DNA of 64,000 bases from Pristiophorus japonicus (lineage: Eukaryota), in assembly GCF_044704955.1 (NCBI RefSeq), contig NC_091999.1, forward strand, positions 34,844,001 through 34,908,000, in the 5' to 3' direction. The position numbers and the translations under genes were made by a program. The number at the start of each line of letters is the position of its first letter. The first letter of the stretch is position 1. Below are positions 62,501-64,000 of the stretch, piece after piece. The notes under the pieces were generated by a model. It had not been told where the DNA came from. It did not search any database and saw only the letters and a program-made list of their open reading frames with translations.

Positions 62501-62975
62501 CCAGGGATGGCAGGACTGACATATGAAGAAAGGTTGATTCAATTGGCTTATATTCCCTGGAATTTAGGAGAATGAGAGGGGATCTCATCGAAGTATATAA
62601 AATTCTGACGAGATTGGTCAGGTCGGATGCAGGAACATTGTTCCCGATATTGGGGAAGTCCAGAACCAGGTGTCACATGCTAATGATAAGGGGTAAGCCA
62701 AATAGGACCGTGATGAGGAGAAGCTTTTTCACCCAGAATATCGTGAACCTATGGAATTCTCTACCACAGAAAGCTTTTGAGTCCAGTTCGTTGCATATAT
62801 TCAAAAGGGAGTTAGATTTGACCATTACGGCTAAAGGGATCAGGGGGTATGGAGAGAGGGCAGTAATGGGGTACTGAAATTGCATTATCAACCCTGATCA
62901 TATTGAATGGTGGTGCAGTCTCGAAGGTCCGAATGGGCTGCTCCTGCACCTATTTTCTATGGTTTCTATGTTTCT
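59600..62975 (+). mobile_element. CR1 LINE retaining its 5' end (ORF1 zinc finger and SGNH esterase, ORF2), internally deleted and degenerate
   Basis: ORF1 CSSCGMWEV..CVKCVEL, VRGDSI, VLHVGTNNIG and DGLHL; APE motifs LNARSI and YRPPNS. The sequence jumps at ~61940 to SGIPQVSVLGP/FADNTK and ends in a (TTTCTATG) tail. It sits inside the 20-bp satellite. Confidence 0.88.
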
Positions 62976-64000
62976 ACACATTGTATTGTGTGTGTACACC
63001 TTGTATTTTGCGAGGACAATCAGAGTTGCATGAGTACATCTTGAATTGTGTACGTACACGTTGTACTGTGTGAGTAATCCTTGTATTTCGTGAGTACATT
63101 TTGTATTTTGTGAGCACTTTGCACTTTGTGAGTACACCTCGCATTTTGTGCGTATGCCTTGTATCATGTGAGTAAACATTGTATCGTGTGAATACATCTT
63201 GTATTGTGTGATTACAGCTTGTATTGTGTGATTACACCTTATATTGTGAATACACCTTGAATTGTGTGATTACATCTTGTAATGTGAATAGACTTTGTAT
63301 TGTGTGATTACACCTGGTATTGTGTGATTACAACTTGTATTGTGATTACCCTCGTATTGTTAGTGTACAGCTTGTATTGTGTGATTACACTTTGCATTAT
63401 GTGAATACACCTTGAATTGTGTGATTACATCTTGTATTGTGAATAGACCTTGTATTGTGTGATTACACCTTGTATGGTGATTACCCCTTGTATTGTGTGA
63501 ATACACCTTGTATTGTTAGTGTTATCCTTGTATTGCGTGATGACACTTTGCATTATGTGAATACGCCTTGTATTGTGTGGGTACACCCCGTAATCTGCCA
63601 GTTCACGTTTTATTGTGTGAGAATAACTTGGAATATTTGAGTACACATTGTATTATGTGAGTACACATTTTATAGAACGAGTACATCTTGTATTGTGCGA
63701 GTACATCTTGTATTGTGTGAGTACACCTTGTATTGTGTGAGTACATCTTGTATTGTGTGAATATATATTGTATTGTGGCAGTACACTTTAAAGCATGTGA
63801 GTACACATTGTATAAGTACACATTGTATTGTGTTAGCACATCTTCTATTGTGCGAGTACATCTTGTATTGTGTGAATATATTATCTATTGTGTGAGTACA
63901 GCTTCTATTGTGTGAGTACATCATGTATTGTGTGAGAATCCATTGTAATGTGTGACTGCAACTTGCATTGTCAGTTTGTGCATCTTGTGTTGTGTGAGTA
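62976..64000. repeat. ~20-bp TG-rich satellite (continues to the window end)
   Basis: Unit ttgtattgtgtgagtacacc/tacatc. Confidence 0.9.

Overview
This window is vertebrate genomic DNA, almost certainly from a cartilaginous fish (shark or ray); the species cannot be determined from sequence alone. Its core is one IgM heavy-chain cluster on the minus strand (leader 44712, V, D, J, Cmu1-Cmu4, secretory tail, poly(A) signal at ~20960). The cluster is a pseudogene and appears germline-joined in a VD-DJ configuration: V is fused to D1, D2 is fused to J, and one 22/12 RSS pair remains between them. Two CR1 LINEs are inserted into its exons (Cmu3 and the secretory tail). One of these CR1s carries a full-length Tx1-clade retrotransposon plus a second Tx1 3' end at the same 19-bp site, which suggests a Tx1 that targets a sequence inside a CR1 subfamily. 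Downstream of the Ig cluster lie a degenerate two-LTR endogenous retrovirus with a non-gamma-type env, a fragment of a probable second LTR element, and an intact two-exon GPR139-like GPCR gene. The remainder is CR1 fragments, SINEs, satellites and a 208-N gap. All calls were made by eye; no database searches were run.
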